From assembly GCF_963506605.1 (NCBI RefSeq), contig NC_083282.1, positions 76,632,001 through 76,696,000 on the forward strand: a stretch of DNA of 64,000 nucleotides, in the 5' to 3' direction. The position numbers and the translations under genes are program-made. Every line of letters starts with the position of its first letter. Position 1 is the stretch's first letter. Of the stretch, positions 34,483 through 46,345 are shown piece after piece. Under the pieces are notes generated by a model, which worked only from the letters and a program-made list of their open reading frames with translations, had not been told where the DNA came from and did not search any database. This DNA is from Zootoca vivipara (Eukaryota).

Positions 34483-35714
34483 CTGGAAGAAAAATGTGTA
34501 GAAACTAAGAATCTCTTCATATGGAGAATTTCAGCTATGCATAGTTAGCACCTTGGGGGAGAGGGGATATCCAAGGGCATTCTTTCATTTCTCTCCTGCC
34601 TGTCTCCAAGGGTTTAATGTGGTGTACAATGGGCAACACAGTAAGAGGATACCATCCTTTAGTGACAGCAAACTTTTGAACTCTGTCCTAGAATACTTCA
34701 TCTTTCACTGATGAAGACAGATTGCAGAACTGTAGCATTACTCTTTGCTACCAGAGCTCATCTCAGTGACTAAAGACGAGGGTTAGAAGTTCAAACTCTA
34801 ACCCAAATTTAGTTGATTCTTTGACCACAGGGACTTCGTCATTGAGCTTCCATGTTCTGTTGCTTGACTCTAAAGTTCAGATTTAACTTAAAACCACACT
34901 GTTTTTTTATTAGAATGCACAATGATGGAACACTGTTTTCGGTACCTGTTTTGTGACATTTCCAGGTGTATCCCTGGATGGTCACAAGGACAGTCACTCA
35001 GCTATTCTGCTGAGTCCAGACTTCCCTTAAAACTACCTGCCACTGCCGCCTTCTGACTTAAAAAAAGGAGTAGGACTCTGGTTTTATCATCATACTCAAG
35101 TACATCTACACAAAGCATGTCGGGTGAGATACAATTGCCATAGAATCTACCCAGACTAGAACACAGATTTAAACATAAACATACATTTTTATTAGAGAGC
35201 ATAATCTGCAGAACCAGCAGCAGAATTCTTTAGAGTTCCAATTTCCCGACCTAACGTAACTATCCTAAGTTTTCTATTAGCTATTCTTACTCTTTTACAT
35301 AGGAGTCAAAATGGGTCACATGCTAATGGTGAAAAGAAGCAAGAGTATGCCTCAATCAATCAATCTAAATATGACATCTGTGCAGTAAGTTTGTTTCAAA
35401 ACACACCCCTCTATATTGTCCACCAAGGTGAGCAAGAAGGCATTATGAGAGTTCAAGGTCACATTCTGGCCAGGCAAAAACATTTATGGAGGCCCTGAGA
35501 AGTGTGGCCTAGGGAAAATCCCAAGGATCAGACAGGGAGGTCTGGAGGACCACATTTGGCCTCTGGTCCTGATGTGCCACAACGTTAACCAATCAGATGC
35601 GACTGGAGGCACCTTCTCTGAATGGGATATAATTTATGCAACATTATTGAAATGAACACTGCAGTCTTTAAAATATGCTCCAAATGGGATATAATTTATG
35701 CTTCCATAAGGGAA

Positions 35715-35790
35715 GTCTTTTTTGCTCCCGTGTTGAAAATGGGAAATGAAGGTCCAGGGAACCACAAGCCCATGAGTTTGGTGATACCTG
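35715..35790 (+). mobile_element. Degenerate CR1 ORF2 fragment
   Basis: APVLKMGNEGPGNHKPMSLVIP resembles the CR1 pre-RT motif VPIFKKGKKEDPGNYRPVSLTSIP. Confidence 0.5.
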
Positions 35791-35830
35791 AATTCACATG
35801 TATGTGGGATTCAAGTCTGAAACTCCATAC

Positions 35831-35920
35831 CATAGCTGCCAAGTTTTCCCTTTTCTCGCGAGGAAGCCTATTCAGCATAATGGAAAATCCCTTTAAAAAA
35901 GGGATAACTTGGCAGCTATG
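35831..35920. mobile_element. 90-bp hAT MITE (reverse copy of the 8549 element)
   Basis: TIR CATAGCTGCCAAGTT; perfect 8-bp TSD CTCCATAC. Confidence 0.9.
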
Positions 35921-36004
35921 CTCCATACCCTGGGCTACCACAGGGGACTTTGCTATGGAATAGACCCTTATGAGAACTTGTTAGCTCCTTGGATACAGAG
36001 ACAT

Positions 36005-36150
36005 ACCCAGAGTGTTGGACTAGGACCTGGGAAACCAGGGTTCAAATCCCCACTTGGCCATGAAGCTCAGTGGGTTCACCTTGGGCCAGTCACTGCATCT
36101 CAGCCTTTCCTAGGCTTCCTCTTAGGGTTGTTGTGGGGATTAAAAAATGA
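36005..36150 (+). mobile_element. Older CORE/Squam3-like SINE fragment
   Basis: box B ggttcaaatccc followed by ccttgggccagtcac...gggttgttgtgggga. Confidence 0.65.
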
Positions 36151-37534
36151 TGAGCAGGAGAATAATATGACATGATACTTTTGTCTGTGTAGATCTGCAA
36201 GTTGCTGCATCTTAACAGCACAGGATATCCAAGAGCTGTTTCATCTTAATCAAAATGACAGGGGGGGGATGAAGGAGAATGCTCCACTTGATTTCTGCTA
36301 TCAACATATAAGTTGTTCTCAAAGGTATCTATTTCTCTTAATTTCTGAAAGGGATATACTACACTATGTTTAGGAATGTTGGGAAGAGACAAATGGCTAT
36401 GAAAGGTAAACTGATTGTCCGAATCAGATCTCGTACAACAAACCATGACTAATGCCAGCTAAGTATCTTCTTAGCTGTGCTTTACCCATTCTTGTAAACC
36501 CCGGCATATCCATTTTCTGACCAAAACCAATCAAAACACATTTGATTCCTTCTTGAATTGCTATTATATAGGTTATGTATGCTCAATCGTCTGAGTCTAA
36601 AAGAGGTAAGACTGAACAATCTCTCTCATCTTTCATTTAAATTCTGAAAGAAGTGACAGCCCCACTGGGAATCTGCCTTTGATCTCACTGTGTCATCTAG
36701 GGCAGATTAGGCTCAATTATAGAACCCATTAAACAAAACCCAGCACAGGAATAGGAGTCATATGAAAAGCTGAATAAAATTATTTCTATTGCATTAAAAC
36801 AAATTCCACTGTGAGTAGGTAGGGTTTTTTCAAACAAAACAACAACAACAAACCAACAAACCCTGAAGATACACTGCCAGCAAAAGATTAGCCTACCACC
36901 CACCAACAGCTTTTCTATGGAACCAAAACTGAGGATTTAAACCATGCAAAATGTGCTTTTTACATGTTCAATGCTCGGCTCTTAGAGGAAATAAATGATG
37001 CTAATTCCTGTGACTAGGAATCTTGACGTGCTAGAAATAGCACTTCTAATTGAATTGCCATGGCCTATTTTCTTTAATGCACAGGTTGCAAAACACGCTG
37101 GGGATTTTCTACAAGCATTTGACAGTTTTTGGCTCCCGCTCAGTAGCTTTCTTTGGTTGGTTGTCATGTTGAGAGCTCTGCTTCACACAAAATTCCATCT
37201 CCTTTGCCAACAACACAGGAGAAATACTCAATGTACCTGGATCACTACGCTCACAACAATCCTAAGGCGTGACATGTATGTGGAAATGAACACAATTAAA
37301 TTACATGTTTAAGAGGAAGGGGTCCCCTGATTAAAAAGTCCAGTATGGGTGAAAGAGCTACCAGCGCTTGAATCACTGCAGCAGGAAATGCAGTTCAAAT
37401 GTAGATCTTCCTATTGGGCTTTATTCTTCCCTTCTAGCACCAACCAGGGTGATCTGTCAAAATATCACTATTTTGGGGTTTTATACTGATTCATCGTCTT
37501 TGTTTTTTTTAAAAAAAATAAATTTTATATTATA

Positions 37535-37776
37535 TAGTGGTACCTCGGGATAAGAACTTAATTCGTTCTGGAGGTCTGTTCTTAACCTGAAACTGCTCTT
37601 AACCTGAAGCACCACTTTAGCTAATGGGGCCTCCCGCTGCCACTGTGCCGCCGGAGCACAATTTCTGTTCTCATCCTGAAGCAAAGTTCTTAACCCGAGG
37701 CACTATTTCTGGGTTAGTGGAGTCTGTAACCTGAAGCGTCTGTAACCTGAAGAATTTGTAACCCGAGGTATCACTA
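37535..37776. mobile_element. Tigger-like MITE
   Basis: TAGTGGTACCTCGGG ... CCCGAGGTATCACTA; internal taacctgaag repeats. Confidence 0.82.
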
Positions 37777-40700
37777 TGCACTGCTCAAGATTTATTTACA
37801 CACACACACAGAGGTACATAAACATTTTAAAGCTTGAACGGTGTGATGTTTCACTAGGTGACATATATGCCATGAGAAGCAGCTGGCCACTTATGCCTTA
37901 AGACAAGATTTTCAGACACAAATATTTTGGATCTCTGTTTTCTGAAACCAACTGAAAAAACAAGAAATCAGGGTAAGGGGGTGGGAAACCTGAACTTTTA
38001 TTCTTTTACTGTTTTCCCCTTCTGAGTCTTCTGGGAACACAATGTTCACAGACTTGAATAGGAAAGACTTCTCTGTAACAGCGGCTACTAGAAGTGCTTC
38101 CAAGCTACCTGAAAACTTCTGTGGTTTTATAGTGTTATATTACAATGGCAGAGGGTGGGGGTGGGGAGTGAGGGAACCACGTTTGAGGAACTGAAATGCA
38201 CAAAGCTGTTTTTCAGACAGTCTTGACTTTCTACAGCAGTCTAATAGTAAAGTCGTTGAGTATTTGCGAGACTCATTTCCATAGTGACAGGAGTAGTCAG
38301 GAGATATTTGAACAATATATAAATCCGCTCCTATTAGACTAAAAAGGTCTCTTCAAAATAGCATTGCCTGCAGAATGGTTGGATGGAATTTCTGTTCTGC
38401 AGTACAGGTGCCTTAGTTCCTTATTGTTATGATCCACTAAATAAAGAGTATTTGAATTTTAGCTCTGGTATTGGATTGAAATCAATTGAGATGAAGAGCC
38501 AGTTCAAACTGGTTGTGGTTTTTTTTACTACTATGAAATGACTCCCCCCTGCCCCGTCGTCACCATTAATTACCTCATGTTGTTGATGTGCCTGGCAAGA
38601 GGGGGAACTATTAGAGGAAAGCCTTGTGTATCTTGGCCTAAATCCATTTTGTATCCTCTGTATTGCTGGAACCTAATTTAGCTTATTTGCTCCTTCAATC
38701 AGCAATACAGAGGAGTGGGCAACTTCCTTGCATCTTTAGATTCCCTTGTTGGAACAAGTGGACAGGGACCAAGCTATCTTTCACTTGTCAGTTTTCACCT
38801 GGGGGTGGTGGTGGTATGAGTCTCGTAATGCCCTCATCGAAGGGCTATGATTCAGGCAGCGAAAAAGCCTCTAGCTGGTTGGCAGCCCCTTCAAAAACAG
38901 CGTATTCTGTTCTCTCCTATCCTTCTCATGTGTGATCCAGAAATTGTTCCACTTAGGACACAAAACCACAAAGTAAAAAAAAAAAGTGCATTACTTGAAA
39001 TCTCTTGTGAGATCTTCCAAACAGCAGGGCTGTGGTTAATTCAGTCTACTTCCATGTGCCTCAGACTGGTGCCTGCTGATCTGAGTAATGCAAAAAAAAT
39101 CCTGCTGTAGATGTAATCGTTATAAAGTCCAATTAGTCTGTGTTTTCTGTGGATTGTGTGTTTGTACACATAAGACAACAAGTTAACAGTTCTGCAAACA
39201 ACAGCTGCAGAACCAGTCTGAAGCTAACAGGCGTCTACTCCTGAAAAACCCACAAAAGATTCCCTCTTCCCAGTTGCGATGCTTCACTGGATAGAGGAAA
39301 ATTCCTCCCTCTGACCTCACCTGACCTGCCTTGATCACTGAGGCCCTGCTGTAAGTTGATCCTGTGACTGACATGTGCACCATGTCAAATTGTTGTGAAC
39401 TCTGGACTGGATGCACTTAAATTCGTACTGTGCAAGTAATGATTAGGGCCTGGCCCATGTCATATGTGCTCTACTGTACATTTGGGAACAGTCCTAAGTA
39501 TATAAGGAGCGATGATCCATTTGTTAGCAGATTTTAAGCACAGAGTGCTTTTTAAAGAGGGAAAGAATTGGTAAGATTTAAAAACATGTGGATTTTAGCT
39601 TGTTAGGGCAGATGAGATTAGGAAAACCATGGAGAAAATCAACTGAATTTGTCTGGAGTGATGGAATGTCCTTCCTATGAAGAGGGACAAATTCCTCCTA
39701 CCTTGCAATGCAGATGTACTAAACAGTAAGAAGGTATTGCTACCGTAGCTAGTGGGTAGCTGTTGCTGTGAACATTCTGTGTCACTGAGAACAGCATTAG
39801 TCAAAATGCAACTATTTGGAGTCACTTCAATTCCCCATTGCTTTTCCCTTCATCCTGCATCACTGCACAAAACATTTAACTTTTGTTTGTAAATCTTACA
39901 AGTGGCCTCCCATATGGTAAGTCATTCTAGAATAAAATGTGGTAATGTACAAACAACCAGCAAACCAGAAGGGCAATAGATGGGTTATGATTCTGCTCTA
40001 TTATCAAAGTGCAAGAACCCTTTGAGTAAGAATGTAAGATTGGTAGGTGTCTATATCTATAAGACAAAGGACACAATTTAAAGAAACAAAGGACACAAAT
40101 TTAATAAAGGTTAGCTGTGGCTAATCTCCTAATTTAGCCATAGTTAACATTTGCTGGAATGGATTCACAGATTGTGGTGCAACAAACATTTTTCTTGTGG
40201 TGACACATAAAGAAGTGTGCCAGCCCAAAAGGCATGTCTTGCATGTAATAAGCAGAATTATAGGCATCACAAAATGTGCACAGGGGCTATGATATACCAG
40301 AGATCCTTCTTGATATGTCATGTTCTAGCGGTGGTGGACTTTGGGTTCTCAAATTTCAGTGGTGCCCTGTGCAATGCTAAAAATCCCCCCCCCGCCTCTC
40401 GTGCTCCGTTCTACATCATTGTTGCAGCACCCCCTGCAATACCAGCACCCAGTGTGGGACTACACTAAAACCGCCTCTACTTCTAGCTTAGTGCATGTTC
40501 TCAAATGCATTCATTAATAACTAGGACCTGCAATACAATTCTGTGGGCTCAGTCAGAGAGAACTACTGATCTCTGGAAAGGGAAATTTCAGCGGTCAGAA
40601 AGAGAAAAAAAGGTGAATTTTCCCCTGCTCCCCAGGGATTTTCCCCAGCTGTGCTGCTGGGCCCAAATTTGAGCATTTCAAAGCTATATGGGGCCGGTGC

Positions 40701-41328
40701 AGTTCTGGAGGATGAATAAAGGGAAATGAATCCTTTTGCTTTGCGGCCCTTCTGAAACATCCATGTACAGAGTGGGTGGTTGTGGGGAGTTTTTAGATCT
40801 CATGGCCCACATTCCTTCCACCCAACTCACAATCTCTCTTCTCAAGGATAGTTATAACAAGCTGTCAGGGGTCCCTGGGTCACACACCTGCAACCCTAAT
40901 CACCCCTCTTTCTATGACCCTTTTCATAACTTGTCAGGGGCTCAGGCAGTACAATTCTTTAGACATTTCTCTTTCTCTCAACTACCATCATCACCCTGTA
41001 TGCTCTTAAAATCTTGTTGCCAAGGGGCTTCCTTCTCTGTTTCTGCTCTCTCGCTCTCTATAATTTTCTTTTATTTTACAAATATACTTCTGGGAGTTCT
41101 CCAAGGATGCAAAAAACTTATTTTTAGGTGGTTCTTTTTTCACTTCCTGATAGGTACTCCACTACCCAAGTCTGCTACTAGATGAAACCATCAAGCAGAA
41201 GAACATGAGGATTCTTGATATCACCAGTTTTAACAGCAGTATGTGATTCATTTGATTATACATGGACGTATAATCTTCTCAGTATCCAAGTGAAATGGCT
41301 TCCGATCAGTGCGACTCACTGAACCCAC

Positions 41329-41532
41329 CTGTATGAGTCTCTGTAACTCATTGTATCATGTCCTGAATCTTCCTGGTCCTCCTCAGACACTTTGAAACAA
41401 ACCTTCTTCATCCCATGCTCTACTTTGTCAATATCGCTCTCTTCCGAGACCAAGGATGTGGCGGGCATCTCCTCCATGGAGGGAAGCTCGCATAATCCTG
41501 CTGCCGTGGGTTCAGTAATGGTGGACAAAAGC
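41329..41532 (-). CDS. PREX1: PREX1 coding exon containing the KVCF PP1-docking motif
   Basis: [12 protein letters not shown]...[26 protein letters not shown](S); ctgcag / GTGGGT; 204 nt, phase 2-2. Confidence 0.96.
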
Positions 41533-41815
41533 CTGCAGATGCAGAATGTATCATGGTAAGAAGAAAAACAAGCCAAGGGCTCCAGGAGTCAGAAGTGTAA
41601 TCTCTGCTATAGATACATGGGGACACCTGTAGGCTGAAGCTCTGTAAATCTCCCCATGCTTTTAAACCTTAATCGAGGCTCTGCATCACCCCTGCTCTAA
41701 GGCATGCTAAAGCTAAAGGCACATTGAGAGTTATAATTCAATTCTAACTTCAATCTCCCCCCCCCCCCCGACTGAGCACAAATATTTCTAAAGGCAAGAT
41801 GTTAACCCAACTCAC

Positions 41816-42092
41816 TTATTTATCTGAAAGACGTATTGTTTCATTTCTTTAACTGCTACATCTAGTTTGTTGAAGAGCTGCAAGTAGGAGTCCTGTATCT
41901 CCCGATCTTCTTGCTTCAACAGAAAGGTGAGACCTCTCTCCTCCTGAGGAGTTCCTCCATTCTCTTGGCCATAGCAACCATCGTATTGTCCATGTGGGTT
42001 GAGGTCCCCATTTTCTGGCGCCAAGCATCTCCATGACGGTGCAGCCATGCTGGCTATGCAGTGCTGAGTATACGAGACTGGATTTAAGCTTC
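41816..42092 (-). CDS. PREX1: PREX1 coding exon
   Basis: (G)[22 protein letters not shown]...[41 protein letters not shown](K); taacag / GTGAGT; 277 nt, phase 1-2. Confidence 0.95.
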
Positions 42093-42343
42093 CTGTTAAA
42101 CATTTGAAAATGCTCGTTACAAAAAGCACTTGTCTTTAAAGCTTCTTTTAAGGAGCAACCTCAAATTATTTTGTTTGTTATTTATTGAACTGTTTTCCAA
42201 AAGGGGGAAGATATAAGTGACAGATGGGAAGAAATAAGGAATTGCGCAGAATTTCCCTGCCCCAGAAGACCCTTTGTAGTCATCGTAGAGAAATCCTTTA
42301 AAATTTACCTAAAGGTTAGAACTATGCTTATGAAATTTATTTA

Positions 42344-42700
42344 GGTAAAGGTAAAGGTAAAGGGACTCCTGACCATTAGGTCCAGTCGTGACCGACTCTG
42401 GGGTTGCGCACTCATCTCGCATTATTGGCCGAGGGAGCCAGAGTATAGCTTCCAGGTCATGTGGCCAGCATGACAAAGCCGCTTCTGGCAAACCAGAGCA
42501 GCACATGGAAACGCCGTTTACCTTCCCGCTGTAGCGGTTCCTATTTATCTACTTGCATTTTGACATGCTTTCGAACTGCTAGGTTGGCAGGAGCTGGGAC
42601 CAAGCAACGGGAGCTCACCCCGTCACAGGGATTCGAACCGCCGACCTTCTGATCAGCAAGCCCTAGGCTCAGTGGTTTAACCACAGCGCCACCTGGGTCC
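42344..42700 (-). mobile_element. Sauria SINE with TSD
   Basis: Full length; TSD cttatgaaatttattta (42327-42343, 42701-42717). Confidence 0.93.
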
Positions 42701-43206
42701 CTTATGAAATTTATTTACTTATCTGGAATTATCAGCAGGCTAATAGCTGTACTCAAGCTTGTCAAATTCTGTAAATACTAGGGCAAGAACAGCAACCATG
42801 ACCTAGTCCTAGACCTTTGGCCTTCCTTTCCCTGTTGCCAGTATCTCAGTTGTCCAATTGCCTACTTACAGCTGCCAAGCCTTGCAGCCACAACATATTT
42901 GCATGGTGATGGATCTCTTGTTTCAAGTTTCTTTCCCAGTCAATAAACCATCCCTTCTATACAGAAAAGGGGGCAATTTGCTTAAGGCTGCTTGGCTGTC
43001 ATGTGCAGGATGATAGCCATGCTCATCCCCACCCACCCTATTCCTACTATTATGCTGTGCCCTATGACAGAGTCAGATGTTTTCATAAAAACTTCAAAGG
43101 GGATCGGGCATCTTAGTAGAAGCATTCTTCTTGAATTAGGTCTTGACACAACAACTGGGTGTTGCTCCAATGGGTATGCAAAGCTCTTAAGAGAGATAGT
43201 GAGCAC

Positions 43207-43417
43207 CTTGTTCTGGATCTAGGCCAATAATAGAAGGCTTCCGTCCGATGCGAATGCTGAACGACCTAGCCACCGAGGTAGTGTTTTTGGGATACGACAC
43301 TTCCATGAGGTTAATGTGGCAGTTGGTGGGGCAGAAATCCATGCTGCTCAGAGGGTGAAGTTCCGTTGTGGCTCGTTTGAAGGGTGGGCTCACCTTGGTT
43401 TTCAACTCATCTGCGAA
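43207..43417 (-). CDS. PREX1: PREX1 coding exon
   Basis: [70 protein letters not shown]; ccctag / GTGCTC; 211 nt, phase 0-1. Confidence 0.95.
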
Positions 43418-43618
43418 CTAGGGAAAGAAAGAAAAATGTTTCAATTGTACTAGCACACTAATCCACAAACTACTTGCCCCTGGGTCTATGCACTTATAAA
43501 TAAACCGAACTACCTACCACAGCTGCTCCCCCCCCCCATTTCCATCAGCAGCTCCACCCACAAAAGAAAAAAAAACTCTGTGGCCCTCTTTCCAATAAAT
43601 GTATTTCCTTATTAAGTA

Positions 43619-43907
43619 CAGTTGTACCTCGACTTACGAATGACTCGACAACAAAATTTTCCGACTTACAAATGGGGCTAATAGCTTACAAATGTCTCGA
43701 CATCCGAAAGGAAACTGCAGCGGTTTTAGACAGGGATTTTTCGACTTAGGGATTTTTAGATAGGGTTGCTTCGACTTACGAATTTTTCCGTTTCCAATGC
43801 ATTCCCATGGGAAATCGCGATTCCAATGGCGTTTTTTGACTTACGAATTTTTCGACCTACGAAGGTGCCTTCGGAATGGATTAAATTAGTATGTCGAGGC
43901 ACCACTG
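43619..43907. mobile_element. Tigger-like MITE
   Basis: TA|CAGTTGTACCTCGAC ... GTCGAGGCACCACTG|TA; internal cgacttacgaa repeats. Confidence 0.85.
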
Positions 43908-44085
43908 TAACTACATAAATCTATGTATAGTATGCTTCAAGATGTTCACAGAATACAGGAGAGACCAGAAATGATGTAGAAAATAGTCCATGATAGCAGG
44001 TGAATACTTACATCCCATGATGTAAACTGGGGCTCTGTTCCAAAAGACTGTGCATGGAGCTGTGGGTTCTGGATATGTGCTACTC

Positions 44086-44137
44086 ATTTATTTATTTATT
44101 TATTTATTCGTTTATTTATTTATTTATTTATTTATTT
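44086..44137 (+). repeat. (TTTA)n microsatellite
   Basis: Near-perfect ATTT array. Confidence 0.9.
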
Positions 44138-44488
44138 AAAACCATAATCCCACTGATTTTTGATGAGGAGGGTAGATAGGAGCCCCTTACTCCTGCTTCC
44201 TGTCTGATCTGCAGGCGTCATATCTTGGCTTTGTAAAATGAGCTGTGTGCATCCAGTCTGAACTGTCAGATTGTAAAGCCTGCTTCTGTGTGAAGAAGGC
44301 CCTTAACTAGATATGGTTCAAGTGTTTCACAATCTGCAATCTCAATAAAACCAGAAAGCCATCTAAAAGTTGAAAGCACGTAACCTAATGCACACCTATA
44401 CCCAGGCAACCTCCTTGAAAGGGGATTTGAAATCTAAAGGCATCACTATGCTCCAGTGTCATGATGTTGTTGTGCACAATGATCTCAC

Positions 44489-44650
44489 CCCTTGATAGCT
44501 GGCAACCCTTCTGCTGATGCTCTCCAACTTTGTGTCACAAATCTGCCGGCACTCATATTGTGGCATGGTGACCACAGCATTGCTGAGGGACATAAGCCTT
44601 CTGCAGTTCTTCACAAAGAAGCTGTCATCTGTAGCAAAGGTCTCCAAAAT
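44489..44650 (-). CDS. PREX1: PREX1 coding exon
   Basis: [54 protein letters not shown]; ctttag / GTGAGA; 162 nt, phase 0-0. Confidence 0.94.
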
Positions 44651-45089
44651 CTAAAGCAGGAGAAAATAATTACCTTGCTTGGTTCTAAGCAAGCCTCTAA
44701 GCAGATGAAACATTGGAAATACAACATCAGCCGGGACTGCACAATTCCAAAGGCAAACAAACATGACAACTGGGCAGGTAGACATGCTTCCTGGCGTATT
44801 TCAAGGGAACACTTTGGAAAGGCAAATTGTAACGCAAGTGGTGACTCACATTTTGTTCTTTGTTTTTGTGGAACCCTCATTCCACAAAAAGTGAGAGGGA
44901 AATTCATTTCTGTGGAAAGTAGATAGATTTCTAAGAATGTTTTAGAAGAGGTGGGGGTTGACTTAACAGAATGTAGTAATGAGGTGTTGGATGACAGGTT
45001 TTTCCTTGGTGTGTCCCCCCCCCCCACTGTTTTAAAAAAAAACTTTGCCAGCTGCAATCTGCAGCGAGTCTCAACATCTCTGCAGCCAT

Positions 45090-45625
45090 CTAACTTTTTT
45101 TTTTAGTTTCTTTAGTTTTACAGTTACATCTCCTTTTGCATACAATATACAATAAATCTATTTGACTTCCCACCCAGCGTTTCATGACTGTTCTTTATAC
45201 ATATTATTTGGCTGCATATACACTAGTTCTTCACCTAATTTTCCACAATCTCTTATCTTTTATAATGTCAACTGTTGGCCACAAAGCACCCCCTAACCTG
45301 GAAGTCATATTTAAGGTCCAATAAATATCCCCCTTGGTATTCCCACTCACAACCAAGTCATCTTGGTTTCTTATTTCAGATGTCATACTGGCAAGCTTGG
45401 CATATTCAATTAGTTTGCATAGCCATTATTTTTTCCATGGGATTTCTCTTAATTTCCAACATCTTGCATATACTATCCTTGCTGCTGGTTGTTGCGTATA
45501 AGAATAGGTTGTGGGCTTTCTTAGGCAATTCATTCCCAATTACACCTAGAAGAAATGCTTCTGGTTTCTTAGGAAAGGTACATTTAAATATTTTCTTTAA
45601 CTCATTGTACACCATCTCCCATTAG
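45090..45625 (-). mobile_element. L1 LINE 3' end
   Basis: MVYNELKKIFKCTFPKKPEAFLLGVIGNELPKKAHNLFLYATT is typical squamate L1 ORF2 C-terminus; poly(A) appears as a T-run at ~45093-45104. Confidence 0.8.
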
Positions 45626-45716
45626 GTTGTCTGTCGTCAACAGAGGGTCCTTTTTCATTGCAAATGGATTTTAATATACTTCAATATATTTTAACACATT
45701 TCTATATACATTTGTT

Positions 45717-46066
45717 GGGATGTGGGTGGCACTGTGGGTTAAACCACAGAGCCTAGGGCTTGCCAGTCAGAAGGTCAGCGGTTCGAATCCCTGCGACGGG
45801 GTGAGCTCCCGTTGCTCGGTCCCAGCTCCTGCCAGCCTAGCAGTTCGAAAGCATGTCAATGTGCAAGTAGATAAATAGGTACCGCTCCGGCAGGAAGGTA
45901 AACGGCATTTCCGTGTGCTGCTCTGGTTCGCTAGAAGCGGCTTAGTCATGCTGGCCACATGACCTGGAAGCTGTACGCCGGCTCCCTTGGCCAATAACGC
46001 GAGATGAGCGTCGCAACCCCAGAGTTGGTCACGACTGGACCTAATGGTCAGGGGTCCCTTTACCTT
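45717..46066 (+). mobile_element. Sauria SINE with TSD
   Basis: Full length; 14-bp TSD TATATACATTTGTT (45703-45716, 46067-46080). Confidence 0.93.
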
Positions 46067-46157
46067 TATATACATTTGTTACTCTATTGAGCTTCAGGGA
46101 CAGGGAAAAGTGGATGCCTGGTTGATGCATTAAAGAATAACACCGAATGGTATAAAC

Positions 46158-46345
46158 CTTTGCTGTGAGGTTGAAGGACCCCTTGGGTTCAATGATCTTC
46201 TCCAGGACAAAACTCCTGATTCCAGCAGTGCTGACGTATTCATACACGACGCCATGTTCCAGGTGAACATTGTCCACCGTTAGGCTAATAAGAGAAGTGT
46301 CTTCTCTGATGATTAACGGGGAGTCAAAAGTCTGAAGGGCCAATT
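46158..46345 (-). CDS. PREX1: PREX1 coding exon
   Basis: (E)[62 protein letters not shown]; cttgcag / GTTTAT; 188 nt, phase 1-0 (acceptor chosen by phase). Confidence 0.92.

Noticed and set aside
45717-45800. tRNA genes at SINE heads (also 10114, 24711, 9470-9550, 42620-42700)
   Set aside because: A/B boxes are present but continue into the SINE body and tail with TSDs; no full cloverleaf.
46331-46334. Alternative acceptor cttcag|ACT for the 46158 exon
   Set aside because: Phase 0, whereas the upstream exon ends in phase 1; the ttgcag acceptor before 46345 keeps the frame.
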